A stretch of 64,000 nucleotides of DNA from Chrysomallon squamiferum (Eukaryota; Animalia; Mollusca). A model generated the notes under the pieces. It did no database searches, was not told the DNA's origin, and worked only from the letters and a program-made list of their open reading frames with translations. The stretch lies in assembly GCA_012295275.1 (NCBI GenBank), contig CM022665.1, positions 46,624,001 to 46,688,000 on the forward strand. Reading direction: 5' to 3'. This document shows positions 1-14,400 of this stretch, piece after piece; positions within the stretch are counted from its first letter, which is position 1, and each line of letters starts with the position of its first letter. The position numbers and the translations under genes were made by a program.

Positions 1-208
1 ATTTTACATTTACAAAGATGAGAGTTGCAAATAAGTTTGCCTCTGTTTTAATTAACCACATACAAAAAAGACATGGTAAGTGAAAAAAAAAATAAAAAAT
101 AAAAAAAATAACCAAAAAAATAAAAAATTTAAAAAGGGCTAAAAATACCTATACAAGATTATTAAAAAAAATGTTTAATTTCTTGCATCTGATTTTTTAT
201 TTTTTTAC

Positions 209-350
209 CTGGGATCCCCTGGAGAGAACATCGTAGAATTGAATTCCAAACACTCGGGCAAACTCGCTGGTTTTGCCAATGACATCAAGCTGATTGATGA
301 CTTCTATGTTACCTTTGACACGAGTCAGGTAATACTCGACAACTCTCCAC
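209..350 (-). CDS. REV3L: REV3L exon 22 (WRVVEYYLTRV...FGIQFYDVLSRGSQ)
   Basis: tttgcag| ... CAG|gtaaaa; family-B polymerase RGSQ motif. Confidence 0.95.
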
Positions 351-3348
351 CTGCAAAAAAAAAAAAATAATAATAACATCAGTAACAAATTAATAAATCT
401 GTATTTGAATGAGTGACTGAATGAATGAATGAATGAATGACTAAATGAATGACTAAATGAATGAATGAATGAATGAATGAAAGAATAAACAAACAAACAA
501 ATGAATAGCTTGTAAGACAATTTAACATATTTAGGTAACAGTAATTTTTCAATGTCTCGACACATGAGTTTTTAATGAAAGTTTGAAAAAGGGAAACTAT
601 TGTCTCCATACTGCACGTTATTTTTACTGATTATAAATAATGGATTTTTTTTTTTTTTAACTACACTTAAGTGGAAAATATGTATCAGCATGCCAAAGAC
701 TGAATAATGCTTCACAAACTTGTCAACTTCACAAATACACGTGAAGTTTTGAACTTCAAATAACTGATTTTTGATAAAGTCTACTTCTTTGTTTCTTATT
801 TAACATGGAAGAAATGACTGCAGCACAAGGGACAAACCTGTTATGGTGCAAGCGGTTGACAAACCACATGGTAAGGTTCCTGTACGAGTACATTGGCAGT
901 CTTTGGTGTAGTACATGGAAGGCAACATTCTCAAATGTGTACACGTTTAGATTGACCTGTGAAAAAAAAAAAACAACAAAAACATTTAATTGAAATTTTA
1001 AATAATTAATAACAAAATAATGTAAAACTGTTTTCAGTTTAATATTACAAGAACATTAATGTTCTGAAATTTGTACACATTTGAACTGACCTAACCAGAA
1101 AAACTCAACAGAACATTTACAACATAACTGAACTATGAAATCATTTATAAAATGTAAAATACTAATATTTTCAAATTACGAAAATATTAACAAAATTATA
1201 AATAAAATAAAATAAAATAAAATAAAATAAATAAATCATAAACAAATAAATAAATAAATAAATAAATAAAATTTAATACTACAATAATGACAGAGTATTT
1301 TCAAGCGAAGTATATAAATTAAATATCAAAACACAAATCACAAATCATTTGTACATAAAGACAGTTACAAATGGTGTTAAAATACTGATCATTTAACTGT
1401 AAAAACTCACTTTCCAGCAAGGAAAATAACTCTTTCATTTAAACAACCTTTCTACCAGAAGCTGTAACAATTCTCACAAAAAAGATAATAAACCAAGGCA
1501 GGGGAGACAACTCACCTCGTGTCTAACGATTCTCCACAGGTTGAGCACAATGCGACCGGGGACGTGTATTTCAGACGAATGTTTTGCTCCCCATTCGTCT
1601 GTCTGTCTGTGAAAACAACTGGAAACAAGTCGAGTTTTAAACAGTTTTAAAATACACAAGACTTTAAACAGCTAATACAGAGCTTTTTAAATAGTTTTAA
1701 AATACAGAGATTTAAACAGCTAATACAGAGCTTTTAGATAATTTTAAAACACAGAGATTTTAAACAGCTAATATAGAGCTTTTAGATAATTTTAAAATAC
1801 AGAGATTTTAAATAGCTAATATAGAGCTTTTAGATAATTTTAAAATACAGAGATTTTAAACAGCTAATATAGAGCTTTTAGATAATTTTAAAATACAGAG
1901 ATTTTAAACAGCTAATACAGAAATTTTAAATAATTTTAAAATACAGATATTTTAAACAGCTAATACAAAGATCTTAATTAATTTTAAAATACAGAGATTT
2001 TAAACAGGTATTTCAAATACACAGACTTTATACAGCTATTTCAAAAACAGTGACTTTAAACAGCTACTTCTCTTGTGTGAGATGCTTCATGTCCTAGGCC
2101 ACATTATTATTTTGTATTATAGTAAACTTAAGAAAACTTAAAAATTAAACTGTAGCTACATATTTCATTTATGTAACACAGAAAGAAGAAAACAGGTTTT
2201 GTACAGTGTAAACAAGACAACACAGCAGTCTCAAACTGAATTAAATCTTTCTTCCAAATTAATTTGTTTTTCTCAAACTAATTAGGTAAATATATATATA
2301 TATATATAAATTATAATAAATTATTATAATGTACACTGTCCATATAAATCTTTGTCATAAGATTCTGACTAAGCCATTTTATATAGTAAAACAAACAGTT
2401 ATCAGTTATTAAGTTCAATATTGTATATCACATTAAAAACTTTTTTCTTTTTTCCTTCTTTTTTTAAAAAAATAAATAAATAATAAAAACAATGTTTTTT
2501 TGGTACTTCTAAAAAATATTCCTTCTTCCAAATCATATCTATACATGTTTTAAGTTACATTATGTAAAAGTTTTTTCACCTACCAGGAATTCTGGAAATC
2601 TTTTTGATGAGGTTAACACCAAGATGGGAAGCTCTTTCAATAACATATCCCCAGGACAACATCTGAATCTCATAGCCAACCAGGATGTCTGGATCCCATC
2701 TGCAAATATTGAATTTTATTTTACCAAAACCAGCAGATTTCTACAGACTGTAAAAATTAGTTTAATAAAACAAATAAAGTCAACTATATCATGAAAACAA
2801 TTTTAATATGGCAAGAGAAAACAGAATTAATATTTTTAGAAATATAATGTGATAATTTCTCTAGTAGGTTAACAAATTAATTTTCAGGAAAAAGACAAAA
2901 TTAATAAAAATATATTATTTAAAATCGTTTTTATTTTGTTAAAATGTAGATGGGTGGAACAGTTTAAAAACCGAACAACAAAAAAAGACATTACTTCTTA
3001 GAAAACTATTTTATTTAAATTCAAAAGTTAAGAAATGGAATAAAGAAAAGACATTACTCCCTAAAAAATAAAATTTTAACAAAAATTCAACTGTTCAGCA
3101 CTAAATCTGAAAATATAAACATTACCTAGAAAAATCATAACTGAAACAAAATTTCATATTAAAAAAAAAAAAATAACAAAAAAAATATAAAAATGAAAAG
3201 CACAAAGATAAAATAAAAAGGATAAAACACTTACTGAGCAATGAGATAAATAAACTTTTCAATCAGCTCTTGCTCTGAACTGACATAACACACATTCTTC
3301 TCTTCTATTCCAGATTTCTGAAACAGCGTGGGCACAACCTTCTTTGAC

Positions 3349-3380
<32 letters not shown>

Positions 3381-4091
3381 CTGTCCAGTCTTTGTTGGTG
3401 ACGTGACTGTAGAAGATGCTGCTGATGGTGCTGCTGATGATGATGACTGTCCAGTCTTTGTTGGTGATGTGACTGTAGAAGATGCTGCTGCTGATGATGA
3501 TGATGATGATGACTGTCCAGTCTTTGTTGGTGAAGTGACTGTAGTAGATGCTGCTGTTGGTCTGGAACTGGACAAATGACCAGCAGGGTCAGACTGGGGT
3601 GGTGTAGGAAGAACTCTGGGTACGTCATCTTGCTGTGCTGAGGTTTTGTCAACAACCAGGAGTCCAGTGATCTCTCTTGGTCCACTTTCTCGAGGTATGT
3701 CGTTCAGGATGGAGTAAAACAGGACCTGGATGGGGTCTACTTCTGGATCAGGTCGAAGGTCACCCCGAGTTTCCATATGCAGCTCCACACTCAGAACAGT
3801 TAAATACTGGTACTGTCAAAAAAAAAAAAAAAAAAAAAAAAAAGTTTTCTTTGTAAGTCTAGCAGCAAAAATGTAAGATTTTTTGGGGACAGTTTAAAAT
3901 AAAATATGATGTTGATCTGATACACACATACACAGATTAAATAATAATAATAAATATGTAAGATATTTGGACTATTTAAAATAAATAATGATAGTGATCC
4001 GACATACACACACATACTTTAAACACTTTTAAACACAATTAATAAAAATGTAAGCTTTTGGACTATTTAAAATAAATAATGATGCTGATCT

Positions 4092-4127
<36 letters not shown>

Positions 4128-4929
4128 TACACAAACACAAACACAAACACACACACTTTAAATACTTTTAAACACTAATAATAAAAATGTAAGATTTTGG
4201 ACAATTTAAAATAAATGTCATGCTGAATTTCTATTAACATTAAATAACTTTAAAAGCATAATTCTTCTGACATAAAAACAACAATAATAAACATTTTGTC
4301 CATTGATAAAGATCATTTACAAAGAATAAAAACAACCCACCAACTCAAACTTAAGTCTCTACAACAAATCCTTTCTAACCTATAATCTGTAATGTTTTTA
4401 TACAGAATCACACCAACTGACCACAATTAAACCTTCTTAAACAATAACGGCAACGAAATTCTTTATTAATAATTCCACAGTCAGCATCTGCAGCAGTCAG
4501 AACTCTGCTGAACTTCACTGCTGATTAATCTCTTGAGTTTATATTTCAACACTTAAATCATCAAGATTACAAAAAAAAAATCAAAAAAAAATAAAAAGAA
4601 TGAAAAATACCTCATGTAAAGCTTTGGCATTCTGCATCTTCAGTTGTGTGAACTTGAAGCCACAAGTATTTCGTGGAGTTGGTCCTTCTATCTGTGACAC
4701 ACTGTTTGTCTTTGATGTCGACAGTCTCTGTGCAGTCTGCAATATCAGTTATCTCTATCAGAAACTTCACTCAGTTACAAATAGTATTATTTGTATTGTA
4801 ATTATACATAATTGTTTAATATAAAGAGTGTGTGTGTGTATTGTTACACTATTGTATATACTTAATAATATGTAGTACTAAAAATACAATGCTGACAACA
4901 TCTGGATGTATTCATTTATTCAAATTAAC

Positions 4930-5021
<92 letters not shown>

Positions 5022-8000
5022 AACACACTCCATTTCACACTCACACATATCCTTTCATACTGTCACACACACACATACTCTCTATCTCTCTTACACAAAA
5101 ACATATCACCGACACCCACCTCCACCCACACACACACACACCTATAAACTTTACCTTAGAATGTGCTGCATTTGTTTTAAACACAGGCTGTCTCATCACT
5201 TTTGTTGGTTCTGTTTTCAAGGCTGGTACACTATCAGGATCGGTCGTCACAGATACGGGTTCTTCTTCAGACGACGACCTCTGTGAGTCTATCTTTCTCG
5301 CGCTTTCGCACTTTCTCTTGTTTCTTCTCCTGTCACGCTCGGGGTCTATGGGACTACAGGAAGGTTCGAACAGGACACTCGAAGACCTCCTGGGTCTGAG
5401 AGGAGTGCTGTGAAGCACAGACTCGTCACCAGGCTTAGTCTGGCTGGACAGCTGGTCCCAGCGAGACTTGCCACTTCTGTTTATGCTCGTTGGTGACAGC
5501 TGTTTCTTCAAACCGGTGCTCAGGTCACCTGAGGACAAACTGCCTTTCATGTGAATGATCTGCACGCATGGTTTGTCCTGTGAGTCCGAAGTCTCGCTCT
5601 TTTTTCCACATTCGGTCTTGTCTTTTTCAGACATCTCTTCGGGTTTAGATTTACTGACATCCCTGCTCCTTTTATCAACTACAGAGCTCTCTCTGGCAGC
5701 TTCAACGCTCTCTTCGGCAGCATCAACAAGAGTGCTGCTGTCATCAGCATCTACGCTACTCTCAAAAAGAGACAATGCACTACTTTCTTTATTTTTCACA
5801 AAATTTGTTTCGTCTCCACTGATATCCATTTCGATGGCAGATTTATCTTTTGCTTTATCGGCGCTGAATTCCGACACATTTTTCGATTTACTCTTTATTT
5901 TCGTCATGTCGTTGTTTTCCCTGTTTTTAACAACAATCTTCTGAGACAGTTCTCTGTCTCTCAGCCAGGAGAGGACTTTTTCTTACACGGTGGGGGTCTG
6001 CAAGGAGTGAGAACACAGTGCCTGTCTTCACTTAACACATATTTAAATTCGGGATCCTTCTGCAGTTTCTCCCACAGTGGTTCAATGTTTGTCTGAGAGG
6101 AAAAGATGCGGTTGTTAGCAACGAATCGCTGTCTCCATGACAACAGAGTTCCCGACGAGCTGGATTTGAATTCTGGAAGGTCCTTCACCTAAATGAAAAA
6201 AACAGGTTGATGTGTGATTATTATAATTTTGATCCATTTTGTTTTAGAATTTAAATTATGAATATAATTAAATAAGGAGAGAGAAATAGACTATGACTCA
6301 ATAATAAAGAGAAACGTAATTACAATTATATACCTGTAACACAGTCAAATCTCTTTTTCTTTTTTCTTTTTTTTATTTATTTATTTATTTATTTTTTATT
6401 TAGCTTTCATTTTTTTTCAATTATTTTTTATTATTATTTTATCAATTTATAATTTATTTTTATAAATTTTTAAATTTTAATTTGATTATACATGTATTAT
6501 TTATTTGTTTATTTATTTATTTATTTTTTATTATTATTATTTTTACTGCTTTATCTCTTAACAAAGTATGTATTGGAATACAACTTTTACACATTTTCAA
6601 ACAATGGAGAGGGATTCAAAACAAGTAGACTTCTCTTGTAAAGTGAAATATTCTCTTAGATTTTAAGTAATTTTATGCTTTTATTTTACCATCTGTAATC
6701 TATGATCAGCAGTCTGCTTGTTTGCCAGTAATTAAGAATTAATTTTATTTATTAAAACTGCCAGCTTCTCCAGCATTTGGATGAGATTTGTCCAGGTTTT
6801 AGTACTTAACATGCATTTATTTTTTAATTTTTAATTTTTAATTTTTAAAAAAAACGTTTCCATAAATTTTTTGATTTCGATTTTAGCAAATATGCTACAC
6901 AATTTTCTGTTTAATAAATGCTTGATTTCTTTTTAAATTTTACATAAATTTTAGATTTAGATTTTAGTGCAATATCATGAATATGCTACAGTTTTTCTAT
7001 GTTTACTAAGTGCTTGACTTTATTTTTAATTTCACATAAATTTTAGATTTAGATTTTAGTGCATTTTCTATGTTTAATAAGCCTCTAATTTTTTTTTAAA
7101 TTTTACATAAATTTTAGATTTAGATTTTAGTGCATTCTCTATGATTAATAAGTGTCTAATTTTTTTTTTAATTTTACATAAATTTTAGATTTAGATTTTA
7201 GGGCATTTTCTATGTTTAATAAGTGCTTAACTTTTTTTTAATTTTACATAAATTTTAGATTTAGATTTTAGTGCATTTTCTATGTTTCCTAAGTGCTCGA
7301 CTTTATTTTTGTTGTGTTATTACAAAATCTGTTCTTACCAGCGCAGACTGAAGCCTGGATTGTGGTCCATCCAGCAGTCTACAACAACAAAACATGCAGC
7401 TAAGTCTTCAGTAACCTTGGCAACGTGACATGCACTAATATTGCAAAATTAACTTTCGTTTTTTTTTACTTTGTATCTTGTGACCGATATTTAAAACACT
7501 GAATAACTAACTGTATGCACAATAATATAAAAAATGTCATTTTTAATTTCTTTTTCTTTGATAGTTAAAAAATTGAATAACCATGTACACAGTGATAATG
7601 ACAATTATATCATATAGACAAATAACATTTATTCATTATATCTTTCTTTTTTCATTTGTTGTTTGTCAAATGTTACAAATGAAACTGATTTTAATGTTAA
7701 ATAAATACCAAATTTAATATAAAGAAACAAACAAATGAAAAAAAAAAAAAAAATGAAGAATTACATAAAACTCACTGCCAAGATCAGTCATTTATACTGA
7801 TCAGAAAAGAAAGGGCTTCATATACATATATACACTGGAGTAACTATTATAATTCTGCATTGTTAAAATCTTCATGGTAGAATTTTTAAACAATTAATTA
7901 AAACCTTCAAGCATATTTACTTGATTTTGGGTGCCATTTGAAAGAAAAATGCTCTTTATGAGTCTGTAATAATCAAAATGCACACACAAAAAAAATAATA

Positions 8001-8460
8001 GTCTAACCAATTTTGGCAGTGAAAGCACCACGATGTACATTAACTGAAATGAACAATGATGGAAAAAGCTGTGATACATAGAGTTTCTGTGAGGGATAAT
8101 GTGTCTGGAATTATATACAGTATTAGTAAACCTTCAAAAATAATGGAAATAAAATAAACATTTAATGATGCCAAAAAATTAAATAAATCAATAAAGTAAA
8201 ATAATATTATATTAATAAAATGAATAAATAAATAAAACAATTACACACAAAGAAAAGAAAAGAATTATTTAATGTTGTCAAAAAAAAAAAAAAAATCAAA
8301 TCAAATAAAATAAATAAACAAATAAATAAATAAATAAAACAGTGACAAACAAATTTTCAAAACTAAACCAAATAAATGATCAAATAACAAGATAATTTGA
8401 AAAAAAACAAACAAAAAAAACATCTATTCCATTTGTGACATAAAATACATCTGGATTAAC

Positions 8461-8492
<32 letters not shown>

Positions 8493-11400
8493 AAAAACAC
8501 AAACTGAATTGAAACATTACAACTGGTTAGTAAATGGAGAGATCACAATAAACAGAGAAAAAAACAACAATTAAAACAGAACAAAGAGCTTTGACAAATG
8601 TTAGTTGTGCCATTTTTACCTTCTGTTTTCTGGCATGTCGGCAGGGTTACTACAGAAAGCTTTCTTGTTCTGGACAGTCCCCAGTCCATGGGCAGCAGCT
8701 GTGAGGCACACCAAGTCTCTAGAAGGTGGAGGTACTCGAGGACAAATGACAATTTTTTCAGCACCACCTCTAGACCCTACAGACCGATTTCCTTGTGGTG
8801 CAGACCTCTGTGCATCATCTTCTGGTGCTGGTTCATGTTCACCAGGTGCTGTATCCATCTGAACTGTGGAAGATGAGGGCTGTGATGGGGTAGGGGTCTT
8901 TGAGGATGTGTTTGCTTTAGTTTTACCACCACCACCACCATCAGCATCTGCTGGATCTGAATTGCCATCCTCATCAGAAGAGATGTCTTCATACTGTGGG
9001 TCTTTGATTGGGTTGATGTAAGGATCAAAGAGCTGATCTGATTGGATACAGTCAGTCACTGGTGTCCAGTTCAGGTCTGTACTGGAGCCAGTCTTCTTGC
9101 TGTAAGAATGTGCATCTTTTTCAGACAAGCTGCTTTCCAGATTCTCTCTCGGTGATAAATTGCTTCCATCATAACAAGTGTCTGGTTTTTGTTTTATGTC
9201 CTTCAGACTAATGTCGTTCTCAGCGATGTTAGATTCTTTCTCTTTAGCATCGTGATTCTCACTGGAATCAGAACATTTTGTGTCCATCGCGGACAGTTTC
9301 GAACTTGTTTCTTTCCTCTGTGCATTAATGTTCGAAATGTCTGACAACAACAAGGGAGACAATTTTACCACTGCCGTTTTTGAAGGTGGAGTAACAACTT
9401 CTGGTTTGCTTTTCAAAAAATCATTTTCGTTTCCTGTGTTCCTTAAACTGGCCAGCACCTCTGAACAGTCTGTGCTCCTCAGAGATCTGAACTCTGATAT
9501 ATCCTTCTGGTTCTCCACACTCGAAAGAGGTGTTTCGTATATAGACTCCACATTGTTCTGAATGCCGTTCTTCTTAAAAGCAGCACAACCGCTTTTCGCA
9601 GAAGAGTTAGAAAGCTGAGGAGGAGTCTTTGATGAACATTTGGCAAGATCTACGGGAGATAACGGTACTGGGGTGACTCATCTCCTGGATCAGAAAGAGG
9701 AGGTGAAAACAGGGCCAGTTTGTACATAGTGTCCTCAAACGAAGCATCGTAGTCATCAGCGTTGTCAGTGTAAGCAGCAGACCGGGAAATCTCTCCAAAA
9801 CTCTTTGTCGTTTCAAACAGATCTGTCGAGTTGTTTCTGTGGTTTTCGTCCTGAAAAGACCATTCTTCCCGAATTATCCCCTTTCCCCGACGTTTTAGAA
9901 ACGTCCGAGGCCATGCTGGAATCCGATATCAACTCTGAACTTTTGTCCACAAGACTCTCAATCGTAGCCTGGTGCAGCAGTGACAGGCTGTTCATCAGCT
10001 TTCCACCCTCTTTATTTCCTTTCTTCTTGCGGCGTGTTGACAGGAAAGCCACACCAAGTTTCTGATTTGGCGTCAGCTTCTTCTTCAGTGTTTTCTTCCC
10101 GTGTTTGCTGTCACTGCTGCCGTTGGTGTGATTCGAGTCCTTCTGCGTGCTGCTGTCCTGCTGCGAGTCGGATTTACTTTTGAAACAGCTGAAGTTGGAG
10201 TTGGAGTCGTTGGAGTTGCTCGAGTCGAAGCACTCGGAGTGGTCTCCGCACATGAATGACGTGCTGCCTGTGGCGAGAGCAGAGTCGGATTCCACGTCTC
10301 TGGAAAACATCTCAATCTTCTCTGCGGTCTGGTACGAACTGGGGAAGATCTTTTTGTCTATTGTGGTCGTCAGCTCCACTCGGCCCAGATCTTTGTGTCT
10401 GTCGTTCTTCTTGGACGCCTCTTTGTTAGTCAGTGCACGGAATTTTTCTATATTTGTATCCATCTCTTCAGAAGATGCATTCCGAGTGAAAGAAGACTCT
10501 TTGGTTTTGAAATCTTCATCAGTCTTCAGGCGTTCGTTTTTAAATGACAAGGACTTGTTGTCTGACTCTGCTGTCTGGTCATCAAACACATCAGTGTGAG
10601 AACCTTCTTTTACTACCTGATGTTCCAACAGGTAACTGGAAGATGCACCACCTGCATCTTTGATTATGTCGCAGGCTGAATTCACCTCTTGGCAATCGGA
10701 TTCACTGGTCAGTGCTGATGAGCAATCCAGACTGTTCTGGTCTAAGGTTTCCACAGGATTGTTCAGAGATCTGCTGACAAACTCCTCACCATCCACAGCT
10801 TCCAGTGAGTGTTCGTCCATCATCTCGTGCAGTGAATTGTCATCAGACAAGTGGTTCTCAATCAGTGCCACACTCTGATCTCCAAAATTCTGCAGCTCAT
10901 TCAGCTGTGCCTTTCTCATGTACTCCTTCTCTTCCCTGTGCTTTTCCAAATAGTCACACACATTGACAGTTTCGCCGACATCCATTTTCAGTTTCTGCAG
11001 CCTGACTCCCATAGACTTATAGCCTTTGAACTTTCCTATAATAATGTAGTGCACTCCTGGTATTAACTTCTGTTTGTTTTTCTTTCTCTTTCCTCTCGTT
11101 GACACTTTTTTAACTGGTGGTTTGCTCTCGCTGTGCTTGTTTACCTTGAACAGGTGAGCAAAAGCGTTTGGGGAGTAATTTGCAGCAGTTCGTTTTCTTC
11201 GGATTTCTGATGTGTAGCTGTCAAAGTACATGTCGTGAAGATCGACATTGCTGTCCGAGCATTCAGAAACTGTGTCCACACTTTTTGTAATTTGTTTCTT
11301 ACCGTAACTCTGCTTGCTGAACACATCCTCAAACATACACTCATTGCTGTCTGATGATTCTTTTCTGGAGCTGGTTCTGGAGGATGTCCTAGACCTTGCA

Positions 11401-14400
11401 TTGGACATCGTAGACTCTGCTTCACTCAGAGGTTCCTTTTCAGATTCTCCAAACTCGGAATCTAGCTTTGATGTTTTGTTTTGGTTTACTCCGCATGCTG
11501 AATTACTACCTTCGTCTTGCGACATATTTAACACTGCACTCTGACTCCCAACTTTCCCACTACCAATCACAATATCCACTGCATTGTCGCTGTGTTTAAA
11601 CTCATCTAGCTGCCTCACTGGACCGTGTTTTTTTTGACTCCTGTCTAAACCTAACACATCCTGGCTGTTTTCAGGGCTGTAACTGACAGGCACGTCCTCC
11701 TGCTCAGAAACATCAGACCCACTGGATGAATTGCTGTTATTCTCTCCACAGTGGATTGAATCGGTACACTCTGCTGAACCACTTTTGTAGGAGCTAGTTT
11801 TGAGGTTAAAAACAGCAGATGCTTTCGTACCACTACATGGTACATCTGAACTGAGTTTTTCCTGTGTGAAACTTGTTTGACACTGTGGCTGCGTAAATGA
11901 ATACGAAGTACAACCACTGACTGAAACATCCTGATTAGGAATCCAAGGACTAAGTGAAACTTCATCATGGACGTGAGAATGTACAGGATTGTCCAGGTCA
12001 TGGGTCTCTTTGCTTAACACATCCTGACCTGAGTAAGTATTTAATTTACTGTCATGACTGGCACCACAGAATGTTTCATTACAACAGTTTGAATCATCCT
12101 GGCAGTCTTTCAGGGTCTCAGAAGATATGGGAAAGGATGAGGTTTTCTCTGATGTGGTTTTTTCTACAGGTATGTGGTCTTTATTAACAGCTTGCAAACT
12201 CAACAATTCTGACTTTGTGTCAGACAAGTTTTTTGGTTTTATGGATTTATTACCGTTTGTTTCACAACATCCAGAGTCGTCTGTACAAGTACCAAACAGG
12301 CTTTTGCCAGACACATTTGTTTTATTCAAACTATCATCAGCCTCAGTCACACATTTTTCTACATTTTTACTGTTTTCATCTTTACTCATTTTGCTGGTTG
12401 TCTCTTCCACGTATCCACGTTCTGGTGGCTTAGCGGACATAATAAACTGTTCAAAAGCTGCAGAAAAAGAATCAGATCTTTTCATTCCCGTTTTTTCAGG
12501 ACTAGAGCTCACAGGCACACTCTCAGTTTCCATTCTGCTTTCAGATCCAATTTGTACTGGATTAGCTATGGCTTCTATTGTTTTCTCCATGACCTGCTCC
12601 AGTTTTGACGGTTTCTCTGCAATTTCTAATGAAGCTGCTGTTCTTTTGATGTAGTCCGTGAAATCATCTTTTGCTGAGTCTACATATTTCATTTTTTGGT
12701 CTACGTTTGATGCTTCGTTTTTTGACCCTGGAGTGGTATTACGAAATGCTGGCTGAGACTTAAATACAGAATGCTGTGGTATGTTTTCATCACTGCTCAT
12801 TAACAAAGCTGCTATGACACTCCCTGAGGTTTTCGAAGGTGAGTCACTGGTATGTGTCTTAGTTAAATGGGAAGCGTAGTCAGTGAAACTACCAGAAGAA
12901 CACGACAGAGGTGATGACAGGTACTCTCTCTCTTGCTTTTTCACTCCAGATGAGCAGCTTCCAATGTCTGATCCAGAAGCTATGGATGATGATGATGATG
13001 ATGAACCATCACTGAAAATCTTGGCTACAGGAGAATAATGAAAAGATGACATCACAGAAGACACAGATTGTTCGTTTCGTTTTCTGTTAATGAAAAATTA
13101 TTTCCAAAGTCTTTTGTGTCTTGGTGGGTTTTAGTGTACTTCAAAATATCCTTAACCGACATCTTCTCTACTTCCACTACTTCTCTTCCAATTTTAAGTA
13201 GACTGTACTTCCTGGCATCTTTAGGATGCATCCTGACAACTTTGACTTTGTCAGGAATGTTTTTCTGGTGGAACTTGAGTCTCTTGAAAACAGGAGTTGG
13301 CACATGGAACGCGTATGTGTAAGTTGACTGTTTTGTCCCCAACTGTGAACCAGTGCTTTTTGATCTTGATCTCGTCTTGTTCCTCGGCCTTCCAATCTTT
13401 GGCTTGTCAGGTTGGTGGCTAGCAGTTCTAGTGAAAGCACGAGTTAACGACCTTTTGGTAGACACAGGCATGATGGTTTCTGAGGTAGAAGAAGTCAAGC
13501 TGGTCTTTGGGTCAGTCTGTATAATCCAGCCACCTGAACACTGCATATTGTTTTCAGAAGCCGTAGAAGACATTGAACGCGATCGTTTAAGAGAGAGTTT
13601 CAAAGCACTTCGCCTTTCACCAACGTCTTTGTTTTTCACTTCGTACATGGTGTCGTGGCTGATGTTGGAGACAAGGTTGTAAAGTCCCGACATCGCGGAG
13701 GAAGGGTAATGCGTCTGTTTGTTCATGGTTAAAGGTGAATGAGAAAATGAAGAGCTCATGTCCAAGTCAGAACAAACGTTGTCAGACTTGTAATGCTTGG
13801 GGAGGTAGCCTCGGCAATCAGACAGGTCCATAAGGCACTCAGAATGACTGCTTTCATCCAGCGACAGCGATCTGTGTTTGTCTGCTTTCTGTGGAGGAGG
13901 ACTGCTGAACAAGTCCTGCTGACTGCTGCTCAGGCCCGACATGGTCCTGCTGCAGGGGGGACTAATACACGTCTCCATTGTGTCCAGATCGGTCACCGTG
14001 GTGGTCAGGTCTGGGTGTGGCAGAGGAGGAGGAGAGCTCAGTGTGTTGACCAGCTGATCGAAAGGTTCGGTTTCGGTCATCAAGGAACCGTCTGGATTGT
14101 TTGCCAGATTCATCATCGTCGTGGTGGTGCTGCACTGACTCGAAGAGTTGTCACTGGAAATGAAACTGGAACTGCCGTACTGGCTCGCATTCGTCATGCT
14201 CCTGTTTCCGTACTGCATCATGTGCTGGTAGGAGTCTTGAGGAGCCAGGTTCTGGCTGCCTGGGAACCGCGCAGCGTCATAATGGGAATGGATGTCGTAT
14301 CTCGGCGACTCGGGACTGCTGAACTGGTCGTGTAAGGAGGAGTAGGAAGAAGGGTATCTGTAGTTGGACTCTGTGGACGACTGAGGATGGTTGTAGAAAG

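Noticed and set aside
2068-2093. Candidate REV3L micro-exon (GHEASHTRE)
   Set aside because: Weak splice sites, and unnecessary because the 2580 donor and 1618 acceptor join in frame.
3305-3685. His/Gln-rich 126-aa alternative-frame ORF
   Set aside because: Frame-shifted reading of TCA/GCA repeats in REV3L exon 18.
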